Position numbers and translations under genes: made by a program. From Flavobacteriaceae bacterium (lineage in GTDB: Bacteria > Bacteroidota > Bacteroidia > Flavobacteriales > Flavobacteriaceae), in NCBI GenBank assembly GCA_036782715.1, contig DAIPYN010000001.1, positions 54,609 through 118,608 on the forward strand: 64,000 nucleotides of DNA, given 5' to 3'. The notes below the pieces were generated by a model that was given only the letters and a program-made list of their open reading frames with translations, was not told the origin of the DNA and did no database searches. Positions within the stretch are counted from its first letter, which is position 1. Every line of letters starts with the position of its first letter. Below are positions 10,445 through 21,094 of the stretch, piece by piece.

Positions 10445-11416
10445 CTAAGCCCTTTTCTGGATAGCATCACAAATCTTTAGTCCGTGATCTCTTGAATTAT
10501 CGATGAACCAAGCGTTTGTTTTTAATCCCCCGAGCACTACCCCAGCGAGAAATAGGCCTTCAACCTCGGTCTCTAAAGTTTCAGGGTTGTATTTCGGAGT
10601 TTGCATTGGGTCGCTTTCAAAGGTTACCCCAGCCTGCTTGAGAAAATCGTAGTCAGGTCGATATCCAATCATTAACAGGACGTAATCAACAGCTAATGTT
10701 TTAGTTTCATTCTCCTTAGAAATAAGGAGGTGATTTTCGTGTATTTCTTTGAGATTACTTTGGTAGTGTGCGGTTATAGAACCGTCAGCAATTCGATTAA
10801 TAATTTCTGGCCGTACCCAATATTTCACTCGTTCTCCGATAGCATCTCCTCTGATAATCATCTCAACCTTTGCTCCAGCTCTGTAGCATTGTAAAGCGGC
10901 ATCCACTGCTGAGTTGTTGGCACCTACGATAGCAACTCTTTGATTAGCGTAAAAATGAGCGTCATCAAAATAATGACTTGCATGAGCAAGCTCTTCTCCT
11001 GGGATATTTAGTTTATTGCTGTAGTCGAAAAAACCTGTAGCAATCACCAGATTTGAACAGTAGTATGAGCCCTTTGAAGTGGTGATAGAAAAGTTGCCGT
11101 CAGGGGTTTTATGTGTCCTATGAACGCGCTCGAACAATTTAATGTTTAGATTCCTCGACTGTGCAACTGCGCGATAGTATTGAAGTGCTTCAGATCGAAA
11201 GGGTTTTGGTTCTTTACAGATAAAAGGGATGTTGTTGAGTTCTAAATTGTCTGAAGACGAAAAAAACTGCATTCCTTTCGGATAATGATAAAGTGAATTT
11301 ACTAGTGTCCCTTTTTCGATAATAGTGTAGGACCACCCTCGACTTTGTGCCTCTAGCGCACAGGCAATCCCTATCGGACCTGCCCCCACGATGATTAAAT
11401 CGTACCTTTTATCCAT
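10445..11416 (-). CDS. ypdA: YpdA-family FAD/NAD(P)-dependent disulfide oxidoreductase (putative bacillithiol disulfide reductase)
   Basis: N-terminal DLIIVGAGPIGIACA dinucleotide fold and a second Rossmann motif VAIVGANNSAVDAA. No CxxC redox pair, as in the YpdA family. Confidence 0.75.
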   Translation of the reverse strand: MDKRYDLIIVGAGPIGIACALEAQSRGWSYTIIEKGTLVNSLYHYPKGMQFFSSSDNLELNNIPFICKEPKPFRSEALQYYRAVAQSRNLNIKLFERVHRTHKTPDGNFSITTSKGSYYCSNLVIATGFFDYSNKLNIPGEELAHASHYFDDAHFYANQRVAIVGANNSAVDAALQCYRAGAKVEMIIRGDAIGERVKYWVRPEIINRIADGSITAHYQSNLKEIHENHLLISKENETKTLAVDYVLLMIGYRPDYDFLKQAGVTFESDPMQTPKYNPETLETEVEGLFLAGVVLGGLKTNAWFIDNSRDHGLKICDAIQKRA

Positions 11417-12056
11417 GAAGTGCGGTTATTGCCTCAATAATTGATGGAGTTCGAAAAACTGAACTTCCGGCAACTAAAATATCAGCGCCACAGCGGCTTA
11501 ATTTATCAGCATTATCCTTAGTAACTCCGCCGTCAATTTCAATTAGAGTATTTGAGTTGGTCTCATCGATTAACTCTTTGAGAGCGATCACTTTATCGTA
11601 GGTGTTTTCGATAAATGACTGTCCTCCAAAACCTGGATTAACACTCATTACGCAAACAAGATCAATCTCTTTAATAGTATCCCTAAGTAATTCGATATTG
11701 GTATGAGGATTAATAGCGACGCCTGCCTTACAACCCAGTTCCTTGATTCGATGAATGCTCCTATGTAAATGGGTGGATGCTTCTAGATGAATAGTAAGGT
11801 ATTCAGGCCTAAATGCTGCATAGGTACTTAAATATCTGTCTGGATCAACAATCATTAAATGAATGTCAAGTGGCTTGGTTGAAACCTTAGCAACTGCTTC
11901 AATCACAGGTATGCCAAAGGAGATGTTTGGAACGAATTGACCGTCCATTACATCTAGATGTAATAAGGAAGCTGAACTCTTATTTACCTCTGAAATCGCC
12001 TCGTTGAGTTTTCCAAAATCAGCAGCTAGGAGTGAAGGTGCTATCGAATGTGCCAT
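11409..12056 (-). CDS. rpe: Ribulose-phosphate 3-epimerase
   Basis: IAPSLLAADF, LHLDVMDGQFVPN, MSVNPGFGGQ and DGGV motifs; 215 aa. Confidence 0.95.
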   Translation of the reverse strand: MAHSIAPSLLAADFGKLNEAISEVNKSSASLLHLDVMDGQFVPNISFGIPVIEAVAKVSTKPLDIHLMIVDPDRYLSTYAAFRPEYLTIHLEASTHLHRSIHRIKELGCKAGVAINPHTNIELLRDTIKEIDLVCVMSVNPGFGGQSFIENTYDKVIALKELIDETNSNTLIEIDGGVTKDNADKLSRCGADILVAGSSVFRTPSIIEAITALHG

Positions 12057-12091
12057 AGGGTAAAATTAGCGAAACGATTAGAATTAAAATA

Positions 12092-12116
12092 GAAACGCCG
12101 GCAAAGCCGGCGTTTC
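12092..12116 (-). terminator. Rho-independent terminator after rpoD
   Basis: Perfect 11-bp GC-rich hairpin GAAACGCCGGC-aaa-GCCGGCGTTTC, followed on the minus strand by TATTTTAATT. Confidence 0.8.
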
Positions 12117-12177
12117 CATAATCATCAATCAAAAAACGAACAGCCACGAAAACTGTAAGTTTGAGCAAGATAGTAAT

Positions 12178-13041
12178 TTATCCTAAATAAGTTTTAAGAA
12201 TTTTACTTCTTGAGGTATGCTTTAATCTTCTGATCGCTTTCTCTTTAATTTGACGAACTCTTTCACGAGTTAGATCAAAGGTCTCACCAATTTCTTCTAG
12301 AGTCATAGAATGCGCACCAGCTAAACCGAAGTATAGTCTAACTACGTCAGCTTCTCTAGGTGTAAGCGTTTCAAGAGCACGCTCAATTTCAGTTCTCAGT
12401 GACTCGTGAAGTAATTCTTTATCAGGGTTCGGTGATTCTCCTGAGCGAAGAACGTCGTATAAGTTAGAATCCTCACCGTCGATGAGAGGAGCATCCATCG
12501 AAACGTGTCTTCCTGAGTTTTTAAGAGACTGCTTTACATCCTCTACGGTCATATCTAGTTCAGCAGCGATCTCCTCAGCAGATGGCATACGTTCATGCGC
12601 TTGTTCTAGGTGAGCGAATGTTTTATTGATCTTATTAATCGATCCAATTTTATTAAGTGGTAGACGTACGATACGAGATTGCTCTGCTAGGGCTTGTAAA
12701 ATAGATTGTCTAATCCACCAAACTGCATAGGAGATAAACTTAAATCCTCTAGTCTCATCAAATCGTTGAGCTGCTTTGATTAATCCTAGGTTACCTTCAT
12801 TAATAAGATCGGGTAGTGTTAATCCTTGGTTTTGGTACTGCTTGGCTACCGATACCACGAATCTTAGGTTAGCCTTGGTTAGTTTTTCTAAAGCACGTTG
12901 ATCACCTGCTTTAATTTTCTGAGCTAATTCTACCTCTTCTTCAGCGGTGATCAGATCTACTTTACCAATCTCTTGTAAGTACTTGTCTAAGGATGCGGTT
13001 TCTCTATTAGTAACCTGCTTTGTAATTTTTAACTGTCTCAT
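12178..13041 (-). CDS. rpoD: Primary RNA polymerase sigma factor (short Bacteroidota sigma-A type)
   Basis: Regions 2-4 are intact ([52 protein letters not shown]). 287 aa without region 1.1, as in Bacteroidota. Confidence 0.95.
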   Translation of the reverse strand: MRQLKITKQVTNRETASLDKYLQEIGKVDLITAEEEVELAQKIKAGDQRALEKLTKANLRFVVSVAKQYQNQGLTLPDLINEGNLGLIKAAQRFDETRGFKFISYAVWWIRQSILQALAEQSRIVRLPLNKIGSINKINKTFAHLEQAHERMPSAEEIAAELDMTVEDVKQSLKNSGRHVSMDAPLIDGEDSNLYDVLRSGESPNPDKELLHESLRTEIERALETLTPREADVVRLYFGLAGAHSMTLEEIGETFDLTRERVRQIKEKAIRRLKHTSRSKILKTYLG

Positions 13042-13103
13042 GTGCGTATTGAAATGATGTCGCCTAGTTATACGCAGGAAGTTTCAAAAGGTTACAATTA
13101 TTT

Positions 13104-13133
13104 ATAAAAAAAGGGGAGTTAAAAACTCCCCTT
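13104..13133 (-). terminator. Rho-independent terminator after pnp
   Basis: 10-bp stem AAGGGGAGTT/AACTCCCCTT with a 3-nt loop, followed on the minus strand by a run of 7 T. Confidence 0.85.
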
Positions 13134-13152
13134 TAAGAATAGCTGGTTTGAA

Positions 13153-15411
13153 TTAGTCTTCAGAGCTTTCTTTTTGATCTCGGTCTGATCGGTGATTGCG
13201 ATCTTTAGATCGATTGTCACGGCCATGACGTGAATCTCTAGAACCTCTGTTATCTCTGCGATCGTTTCTTGGAGCTCTTTCTACATAACCTTCAGGCTTT
13301 TCTAAAAGGGCTTTACGTGAAACTTTCTCTTTCTTGGTTCTTGGGTCAAATCCAAAGTATTTTACTTCAAATTCATCACCCATGTTGATAACGTCGCTGA
13401 CATTTTCAGTACGTTCCCAAGCAAGTTCTGATACGTGAAGTAAGACTTCGTTTCCAGGAGCGTCTACATATTCGACTACTGCACCAAATTCGAGCATCTT
13501 GATGACTTTAACCTTATAGGTAGATCCAACCTCAGGCTTGAACATTAATGATTCAATTGAAGCGATTACACTATCAATACCTTCTTGGCTAGTACCTAGA
13601 ATTTCAACGACACCTTCTCCGGTTTCATTCTCGTTGATAACGATGGTACAACCGGTACTTTTTTGAAGTTCTTGGATGTTTTTACCACCGCTTCCGATAA
13701 ACGCTCCGATAAGATCGCCAGGGATATTAGTAGTAACAATTTTAGGAGCATGCGCCTTAACTTCTGTTTTCGGAGTGTCGATGGTTTCGATGAGCTTACC
13801 AAGAATATGTAGTCTTCCGTCTTTAGCTTGCATTAAAGCTTTGGTAAGAATTTCGTAAGAAAGACCTTTCACCTTAATATCCATTTGACATGCGGTGATA
13901 CCATCTGCTGTACCCGTTACTTTGAAGTCCATATCACCAAGGTGGTCTTCGTCACCTAGGATATCTGAAAGTACTGCATACTTGCCACTCTCGCTATCAG
14001 TAATAAGTCCCATTGCGATACCTGAAACTGGCTTTTTGATTTGAACACCAGCATCCATAAGAGCGATTGTTCCCGAACATACCGTAGCCATTGAAGAAGA
14101 ACCATTCGATTCTAATACTTCAGATACTACACGAACTGTATAAGGACAGTCTTCAGGGATCATATTCTTTAGTGCTCTTTGAGCGAGGTTCCCGTGACCG
14201 ACTTCTCGACGTGAGGTACCTCTAATCGGTCTAGCTTCTCCTGTAGAGAAAGGAGGGAAGTTGTAGTGTAGGTAGAATGTCTCTTCTCCTTCTAATGAAG
14301 GCATATCGATGATATTCGCCTCGCGAGAAGTACCTAGTGTTACGGTAGATAAAACCTGAGTCTCACCACGGGTAAAAATACCTGAACCGTGAGTCGATGG
14401 TAAATAATCAATTTCACACCAGATAGGACGAATTTCGTCAGTCTTTCTACCGTCTAAACGAAGGCCTTCGTCTAAGGTTAGATTACGTACGGCCTCTTTT
14501 TCAACCTTGCTGTAATAGCTGCCGATTAGCTTACCTTTTTCTTCTAATTCTTCTTCAGAAAAACTCGCTTTTACTGCTTCTTTGATTTCAGCGAATGCGG
14601 CACTACGCTCCTTTTTAGAAGATCCAGCTTTCGCAACAGTATAAACTTTGTTGTAAGCTAGTTCATGAATGCTTTGGTAAAGCGCTTCATCTTTAACAGC
14701 TTCTTCAAATTCACGAGTTTCTTTCTTACCTACTTGTTCTACTAAACGATGTTGAGCATCACATTGTACGCGAATAGCTTCGTGAGCGAATTTAATGGCT
14801 TCAACCATTTCTTCTTCGCTGATCTCTTTCATCTCACCCTCAACCATCATTACTGAATCGTAAGAGGCCCCGATGATCATATCGATATCAGATTCTTTTA
14901 ATTGTGCAAGGGAAGGGTTAAGAACAAATTCTCCGTTTACACGTCCGATACGAACCTCTGAAATAGCGGTTTCGAATGGGATATCTGATAATTGTAGTGC
15001 GGTTGAAGCCGCAAGACCTACCAGTGCATCAGGGGTAATCGATTCGTCGTAGGACATCATCTGAATCATTACCTGAGTCTCTGAGTGGTAGTCTTTTGGA
15101 AATAATGGGCGGAGTACACGGTCAACAATACGCATCGTTAATACTTCACCATCGCTTGGTCTGGCTTCTCTTTTGAAGAAACCACCAGGGTATCTACCTG
15201 CTGCTGCAAATTTCTCTCTGTAATCCACTGTAAGCGGTAGAAAGTCAACGTCAGCTGCTTGATAATTTGAAACTACTGTACATAGTAACATACAGTTTCC
15301 TGAGCGTACGACTACTGAGCCATGCGCTTGTTTGGCAAGTTTACCAGTTTCAATACTGATTGTTCTGCCATCACCGAGATCAATGATCTCTTGAAATGTT
15401 TTTGGAATCAT
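13153..15411 (-). CDS. pnp: Polyribonucleotide nucleotidyltransferase (PNPase)
   Basis: Two RNase PH domains, a KH domain ([12 protein letters not shown]) and an S1 domain, plus a basic R/D/S-rich tail. ATG at 15411 (MIPKTF...) preferred over the GTG at 15453 in the ORF track. Confidence 0.95.
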   Translation of the reverse strand: MIPKTFQEIIDLGDGRTISIETGKLAKQAHGSVVVRSGNCMLLCTVVSNYQAADVDFLPLTVDYREKFAAAGRYPGGFFKREARPSDGEVLTMRIVDRVLRPLFPKDYHSETQVMIQMMSYDESITPDALVGLAASTALQLSDIPFETAISEVRIGRVNGEFVLNPSLAQLKESDIDMIIGASYDSVMMVEGEMKEISEEEMVEAIKFAHEAIRVQCDAQHRLVEQVGKKETREFEEAVKDEALYQSIHELAYNKVYTVAKAGSSKKERSAAFAEIKEAVKASFSEEELEEKGKLIGSYYSKVEKEAVRNLTLDEGLRLDGRKTDEIRPIWCEIDYLPSTHGSGIFTRGETQVLSTVTLGTSREANIIDMPSLEGEETFYLHYNFPPFSTGEARPIRGTSRREVGHGNLAQRALKNMIPEDCPYTVRVVSEVLESNGSSSMATVCSGTIALMDAGVQIKKPVSGIAMGLITDSESGKYAVLSDILGDEDHLGDMDFKVTGTADGITACQMDIKVKGLSYEILTKALMQAKDGRLHILGKLIETIDTPKTEVKAHAPKIVTTNIPGDLIGAFIGSGGKNIQELQKSTGCTIVINENETGEGVVEILGTSQEGIDSVIASIESLMFKPEVGSTYKVKVIKMLEFGAVVEYVDAPGNEVLLHVSELAWERTENVSDVINMGDEFEVKYFGFDPRTKKEKVSRKALLEKPEGYVERAPRNDRRDNRGSRDSRHGRDNRSKDRNHRSDRDQKESSED

Positions 15412-15532
15412 AAAATTGTTAGGATAAATCCTAGTGTTTTGTACCTGCGGCACGAGTTAAACAATTGGTCAATGGTTGTGTTGTTGTGAAGTGTGGTAGA
15501 CCAATGAAAAACTGAGAAACGACGAGCGTTTC

Positions 15533-15563
15533 AAAAAAAAAGGGCATTCGTTGAAATGCCCTT
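15533..15563 (-). terminator. Rho-independent terminator after rpsO
   Basis: 9-bp stem AAGGGCATT/AATGCCCTT with a 6-nt loop, followed on the minus strand by 8 T. A second small hairpin (15516..15532) follows directly. Confidence 0.8.
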
Positions 15564-15569
15564 AAAAGA

Positions 15570-15839
15570 TTATTTACGGATCCCTAGATCTTTAATAAGC
15601 GAACGATACTTCTCGATATCATTAGCTTTTAAATAGTCTAGAAGACTACGACGCTTACCTACTAAGCGAATTAATGAACGCTCGGTATTAAAATCTTTGT
15701 GATTTTTCTTTAAGTGTTCAGTTAAGTGATTGATTCGGTAAGTGAAAAGAGCAATTTGCCCTTCTGTCGAACCCGTGTTAGTTTCAGAACCTCCGTATTG
15801 ATTGAAGATTTCTGCTTTTTTTTCTTGTGATAAATACAT
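15570..15839 (-). CDS. rpsO: 30S ribosomal protein S15
   Basis: 89 aa with typical S15 sequence (GSTEGQIALFTYRINHLTEHLKKNHKDFNTERSLIRLVGKRR); upstream of pnp as in most bacteria. Confidence 0.97.
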   Translation of the reverse strand: MYLSQEKKAEIFNQYGGSETNTGSTEGQIALFTYRINHLTEHLKKNHKDFNTERSLIRLVGKRRSLLDYLKANDIEKYRSLIKDLGIRK

Positions 15840-15867
15840 GCCAATATTCGTTAATGATTATTATGTA

Positions 15868-15899
15868 CCTGATTGACGCTCAATCAGGCGGCAAATATA
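15868..15899 (-). promoter_or_regulatory. Candidate rpsO promoter -7 box (TATATTTG, 15892..15899) followed by a perfect 9-bp hairpin (15868..15888)
   Basis: Minus strand reads TATATTTG, then CCTGATTGA-gcg-TCAATCAGG. There is no T tract after the hairpin. Confidence 0.4.
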
Positions 15900-15907
15900 G
15901 GTTATTT

Positions 15908-16798
15908 TTAAGATAGCTCCTCTGCTTTTTCAGAAACTTTTCTCAGTGGAAGGTTGAGAATCAGGTCAATATATAAATTGATCTTTTTCTTCAATTCTTT
16001 TCTGTGAGTGATGAAATCTAAAAAACCATGCTCCTTTACAAATTCTGCGGTCTGAAAACCTTCTGGCAAATCTTGCCCCGTGGTATCCTTAACGACTCGG
16101 GGGCCTGCAAAACCGATTAGAGCTCCAGGCTCAGCAATATTGATATCTCCTAACATCGCATAAGATGCTGTTGTACCTCCAGTAGTAGGATCAGTGCATA
16201 GTGAGATGTAAGGTAGTTTGGCTGCATCAAGTTGAGCTAGCTTTACAGAGGTTTTAGCCATCTGCATTAATGATAAAGCGGCCTCCATCATTCTTGCCCC
16301 TCCTGACTTTGATATGATCACAAATGGCGCTTTTCTCTTAATAGCAACGTCCACCGCACGCGCAATTTTTTCTCCAACTACACTACCCATTGAGCCTCCG
16401 ATGAAACTAAAATCCATAGAAGCGATAACAATCTCGCGTCCTGCAGATAATCCGTAGGCTGTTCTGATCGCATCGTTTAATTTGGTCTTTTTCTTAGCGT
16501 CAACCAGGCGATTCTTGTATTTCTTGGTGTCCTCAAAATTTAAAGGGTCCTTTGAAGAAAGTTCTTGGTTGAACTCGGTAAATGTGTTGTCATCAAAAAG
16601 TAATTCGAAATACTCCTTACTTCCAATGCGTACGTGATAATCATCTTCAGGACTTACGAACGCATTTTTAGCTAACTCGTCAGACTCAACTATTTTTCCG
16701 GTAGGAGACTTGTACCAAAGCCCTTTGGGGGTATCTTTTTTCTCCTCCGTAGCGGTTTGTATTCCCTTTTCTGTCCTTTTAAACCAAGCAGATGCCAT
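15908..16798 (-). CDS. accD: Acetyl-CoA carboxylase carboxyltransferase beta subunit
   Basis: [22 protein letters not shown] and GFAGPRV motifs. The N-terminal zinc-ribbon cysteines are absent. Confidence 0.93.
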   Translation of the reverse strand: MASAWFKRTEKGIQTATEEKKDTPKGLWYKSPTGKIVESDELAKNAFVSPEDDYHVRIGSKEYFELLFDDNTFTEFNQELSSKDPLNFEDTKKYKNRLVDAKKKTKLNDAIRTAYGLSAGREIVIASMDFSFIGGSMGSVVGEKIARAVDVAIKRKAPFVIISKSGGARMMEAALSLMQMAKTSVKLAQLDAAKLPYISLCTDPTTGGTTASYAMLGDINIAEPGALIGFAGPRVVKDTTGQDLPEGFQTAEFVKEHGFLDFITHRKELKKKINLYIDLILNLPLRKVSEKAEELS

Positions 16799-16813
16799 CG
16801 TTTGTTGTTTTTA

Positions 16814-17887
16814 TTATAGAGTGTTCACGTTGTTCAGATCCTCGAATGCTTTTTTCAGACGAGAAGAGAAAGTATCTTCTCCTTTTCGTAACCAAACCCT
16901 TGGGTCGTAATGCTTTTTGTTTGGAGATTCTTCTCCTTCTGGATTACCGATTTGCGTTCTTAAGTAATCGATTTTTTCAGTCATATAATCACGAATACCC
17001 TCTGTGAAAGCGAATTGAAGGTCGGTGTCAATATTCATTTTAATCACACCGTATCCGATCGATTCTTTGATTTCTTCAACAGAAGAACCAGAACCACCAT
17101 GGAAAACAAAATCAATTGGGTTGTGCTCACTGATATTATATTTCTCTTGAATGTATGCCTGAGAATCTTTAAGAATGGTTGGAGTTAATTTTACGTTTCC
17201 TGGCTTGTAAACCCCATGCACGTTTCCGAATGCAGCAGCGATGGTAAAACGAGGTGAAATTTTTGAAAGTTCCTCGTAAGCGAAAGCAACCTCTTCGGGC
17301 TGAGTGTATAGTTTAGAAACATCTACATCACTGTTATCCACACCATCTTCTTCACCACCGGTTACTCCTAGCTCGATCTCTAAAGTCATGTCCATTGCAG
17401 ACATTCTTTTTAGATATTCTTTACAAATTTCAATGTTCTCTTCGATCGGCTCTTCAGATAAATCGATCATATGTGAGCTAAAAAGCGATTTACCCGTCTC
17501 TTTGTAAAATGTTTCACTGGCATCTAAAAGACCATCAATCCAAGGAAGTAGCTTTTTTGCACAGTGGTCGGTGTGTAAGATTACTCGAGCACCATATGCT
17601 TCTGCTAGTTGATGAACGTGTTTTGCTCCAGCTACGGCTCCTGCAATTGCAGCCTTTTGGTTTTCGTTAGATAATCCCTTACCGGCATTAAATTGTGCTC
17701 CACCGTTCGAGAATTGAATAATTACTGGAGCGTTTAACGCTACAGCAGTTTCCATTACGGCGTTGATTGTATTCGAGCCAACTACGTTAACCGCAGGTAG
17801 GGCGAAAGACTTTTCTTTGGCTAGTTTGAAAATAGCTTGAACTTGGTCTCCAGTGGCTACCCCTGCAGGGATTGATGATAAACTCAT
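16814..17887 (-). CDS. fbaA: Class II fructose-bisphosphate aldolase
   Basis: HTDHC, GNVHGVYKPGNVKL and FVFHGGSGS motifs; 357 aa. Confidence 0.95.
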   Translation of the reverse strand: MSLSSIPAGVATGDQVQAIFKLAKEKSFALPAVNVVGSNTINAVMETAVALNAPVIIQFSNGGAQFNAGKGLSNENQKAAIAGAVAGAKHVHQLAEAYGARVILHTDHCAKKLLPWIDGLLDASETFYKETGKSLFSSHMIDLSEEPIEENIEICKEYLKRMSAMDMTLEIELGVTGGEEDGVDNSDVDVSKLYTQPEEVAFAYEELSKISPRFTIAAAFGNVHGVYKPGNVKLTPTILKDSQAYIQEKYNISEHNPIDFVFHGGSGSSVEEIKESIGYGVIKMNIDTDLQFAFTEGIRDYMTEKIDYLRTQIGNPEGEESPNKKHYDPRVWLRKGEDTFSSRLKKAFEDLNNVNTL

Positions 17888-17934
17888 TCGTTTGGTTTTT
17901 TGATTATGTTAGTCGACAAATGTAAGAAATGCTT

Positions 17935-20337
17935 TTAAAAAGGATGATTGATTCCGATATTGAAAATGGGGCGATTGTTTGTTTGGTTATAAAACCAACG
18001 ATTATCTCCTGAAAATGCAGGATTATAAATTTTCCATCCTAGGTCTACCCGAAATAAAAAATAGTCGAAATCATAGCGCAGCCCGACCCCAGCACCTACG
18101 GCTACATCTTTAAAAGAAGACCATCCTTTAAAAATGGCTTCTTCTAACTCGGTATCGTCAAGAACGTTCCAAATGTTTCCAATATCTGTGAATAGTGCTC
18201 CTTTAATACTTTGACTCAGGTCAAAACGCAATTCGTTACTCCAGGTGATTTTGAAATTGGCATCGTTAAATTCATTGATTAGATTGGTTGTTCCTGGTCC
18301 TAAGGTATAAGCGTTCCAAGATCGGATGTCGTTTGAGCCTCCTGCAAAATAACTTCTTACAAACGGAACGTTGTTTCCAGACCCAAAGGGTATTGCTACA
18401 CCTGCAAAGAACCGGGTCGCAAATCGGGTATCGTCACTTAATTCAAAATGTTTAATCGTGTTGATTTCAGTTTTAATGTATTGAGCAAAGGGAACTTTAA
18501 ATATCGATTCATTAGGAGATGAATCAATAAAATCAAGAAGCGCTCCTGCGAGTTCAAATTTCAAACCAAACTGTGAGTAATTGGGAGTGTTTCTGTTTTC
18601 TGAGTTTTGAAACGAATAATTGAAACTTGAGGATACGATGAAGTTGTTCTCTGTGAGGCGATTTCTGCGCTCCTCAATTCTTCTTACTTCTAAGGATTCC
18701 TCCTGAGAGAGCGGTAGTGAGCCTTTTAAGGCCGCCGCAATAAATGCATTTGCACCCTCAGGAACATCGAGTTCAGCTTCTTCTATTACTTGATCTGTAT
18801 TGAAGAAAGAGGTGTATGCACTATCCCCTTTGAGGGGATCTGCTAGTATATTAAGCTGATCAAAGGTATTTCGATAGATGGAGAAAAAATTGTCTGGATT
18901 CAAATGGTTCACATAGGTGACACTAGGAAACTCGAAAGAATACCTTCTTCTATCGGTACGATAATTAAATCTGTAAATCGCATTAAATGTTTGCCGATCA
19001 AGTCCTAGGTTTTTTTGAAAATTTGTTCCGATTTGTAGTGTAGTTTGGGGGTGTTTTTGTTCAGAAACAAGATTCGCAGCAGGTAAAATCATCCATAATC
19101 GAGGAACGCTAAGATTAATGTCTACCCCTAATTCAGTGGTTAGATTATCGCTAGGAAGTAAGGAGTTTCCAATGCTACCACTAAGTGCAAGACTCAGGTT
19201 TTCATGGGAGCCAAAAACATTACGTGCGAGGATAGATGATCGGAGCGTAGTACCTAGTTGTTGAATGTTAGAGTGCGTTAAATCTAAATCTGCATTGAGC
19301 GCATAGCGCTTTCGATCTCTCAAATAGATAGAAGCGGTAAGTGTTTGATTCTCTTCTGCTACTAATTCGATATTGGGATAAAGAAAGTGATTGAGATCAC
19401 CGATAAGGTCTACGGTGTTTGCTAAAAGCTTTTCATTATAAATTACTCCAGGTTTATAGCTGATTCTTCTAGCTACCACCTTAGGGTCAAAGGAAAGTTC
19501 ATCAAAACCAAAGAATTCAATTCCGCCTATAATGGCTAGCGTAAAGTCATCTTCAGTGGCACCTTGACTAAATACCTTTGTTCTACCAATTTGAAAAGGT
19601 CTGTAAACTGCACTGCTATCAATGATTCTTCTAACCCTTAATTTTTTTGACTCTGATTGGGCGGTGGTGTCTCCTCTGATCTCATAGGAAATGAAACTTT
19701 TTTGAAAATCGTAGATACCTTGATTTTGTAAAAGAGAGGTGAGCTCTTGGCGATCTTCGTCGATATTGGTAAGGTTGAGTGTCATTCCCTCTTTTAAGGG
19801 TAAAACACTCTCGCTCTTGTTAATTATGGAATCAAATCTTGAGTCAGGACTCTGAATGTCAATTTCGTCAATTTCGAAAGGCTTATTAGTCTCGATAGTA
19901 ATCGATTGTTTTGCTTTTGTGGCTTTATTATTTATATCGATTTCGCTGTTGACATTCACATTTAAATATCCTTTTCTCTTGTAAAAGTTTTTTAATCGAT
20001 TGATACTGGCTTTTGCAATTTCATCGGTATAGATAACCGGTGGTTCTCCGATGCGCCTTAACCAGTTATTGAAAAAATTCGAACTACGCCCTGAGGAATT
20101 ATAGAGCATCAGTTTTACAGGTAATCCCAATATTCTTTGATTGGGTTTCTGTACGAGCTGGTTGATTACTAATGGGTCCTTCGATTGAACACCGTTGATA
20201 TAAACGCGCTGCTTTTTTAACCAGAGGGTTTCTGGTTCTAGTTTTTTAGTACTGCTACAGGCAGATAAAAGAAAGACTAAGAGAATAACAATTACCTTTG
20301 TGGCTTGCGAATTTATTCTCGATAGGTTCGATATCAT
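17935..20337 (-). CDS. Omp85/BamA-TamA family outer-membrane protein with lipoprotein signal (TamL-like)
   Basis: Lipobox LLSAC. 800 aa with POTRA-like repeats and a C-terminal surface-antigen beta-barrel ending ...NIGINHPF. Confidence 0.75.
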   Translation of the reverse strand: MISNLSRINSQATKVIVILLVFLLSACSSTKKLEPETLWLKKQRVYINGVQSKDPLVINQLVQKPNQRILGLPVKLMLYNSSGRSSNFFNNWLRRIGEPPVIYTDEIAKASINRLKNFYKRKGYLNVNVNSEIDINNKATKAKQSITIETNKPFEIDEIDIQSPDSRFDSIINKSESVLPLKEGMTLNLTNIDEDRQELTSLLQNQGIYDFQKSFISYEIRGDTTAQSESKKLRVRRIIDSSAVYRPFQIGRTKVFSQGATEDDFTLAIIGGIEFFGFDELSFDPKVVARRISYKPGVIYNEKLLANTVDLIGDLNHFLYPNIELVAEENQTLTASIYLRDRKRYALNADLDLTHSNIQQLGTTLRSSILARNVFGSHENLSLALSGSIGNSLLPSDNLTTELGVDINLSVPRLWMILPAANLVSEQKHPQTTLQIGTNFQKNLGLDRQTFNAIYRFNYRTDRRRYSFEFPSVTYVNHLNPDNFFSIYRNTFDQLNILADPLKGDSAYTSFFNTDQVIEEAELDVPEGANAFIAAALKGSLPLSQEESLEVRRIEERRNRLTENNFIVSSSFNYSFQNSENRNTPNYSQFGLKFELAGALLDFIDSSPNESIFKVPFAQYIKTEINTIKHFELSDDTRFATRFFAGVAIPFGSGNNVPFVRSYFAGGSNDIRSWNAYTLGPGTTNLINEFNDANFKITWSNELRFDLSQSIKGALFTDIGNIWNVLDDTELEEAIFKGWSSFKDVAVGAGVGLRYDFDYFLFRVDLGWKIYNPAFSGDNRWFYNQTNNRPIFNIGINHPF

Positions 20338-20362
20338 TGTGTAAAAATAGTCGAAATAAACG

Positions 20363-21094
20363 ATGCTGTCTCAGGCCAAAATACGTTTCATCAATCAACT
20401 TAGTCGTAAGAAAATACGACATGATCAGGGGTGTTTTATTGTTGAGGGAAACAAAGGAGTAAGAGAAGGGTTAGAGGAAGGTCTAACAGCGAAAGAATTG
20501 TATGTAACCGATCAATCTTCTCTTACATTTTCAGATGCTCAAGTAATCACCGAAAAGGAGATGAGGATGATCTCTCAACTTACGACTCCTTCAGACACTT
20601 TAGCGGTCTTTCATTTTCCTGAAATCAAAGATTGGAAAACCTCTGATTGGGTATTGGCTCTTGATGAGATTCAAGACCCGGGAAATCTAGGAACGATTAT
20701 TCGAACGGCCGATTGGTTTGGCTTCAAGCATATACTCTGTGGTCAGGGGACGGTTGATCCCTTTCATCCTAAGGTGGTTCAGGCTACAATGGGTTCTTAT
20801 GCTCGGATACAATGTCATTTGATCGATCTTGAAGTCTGTTTACAACAGCAAGAGCGTACCGTTGTTGGAGCAGATCTCGAGGGCGTTCCTTTAGAAAATT
20901 ACGAGGTGCCTACTAAGGGGGTATTAGTAATTGGCAACGAAGGTAGGGGGCTGTCGAGCAGCGTAGAGAAACTCCTAAATGCGAAAGTCACTATTGAAAA
21001 AGGAGAAGGGTCGAAAGCTGAAAGTTTGAATGCCGCGATCTCAACGGCGATTATCTTGCATACAATTTCCAACCGTCTTTCGTCTCAAAACTGA
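20363..21094 (+). CDS. TrmH/SpoU-family RNA 2'-O-methyltransferase
   Basis: SpoU motifs DEIQDPGNLGTIIRTA, VLVIGNEGRGLS and SLNAAISTAIILH. Confidence 0.85.
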   Translation: MLSQAKIRFINQLSRKKIRHDQGCFIVEGNKGVREGLEEGLTAKELYVTDQSSLTFSDAQVITEKEMRMISQLTTPSDTLAVFHFPEIKDWKTSDWVLALDEIQDPGNLGTIIRTADWFGFKHILCGQGTVDPFHPKVVQATMGSYARIQCHLIDLEVCLQQQERTVVGADLEGVPLENYEVPTKGVLVIGNEGRGLSSSVEKLLNAKVTIEKGEGSKAESLNAAISTAIILHTISNRLSSQN

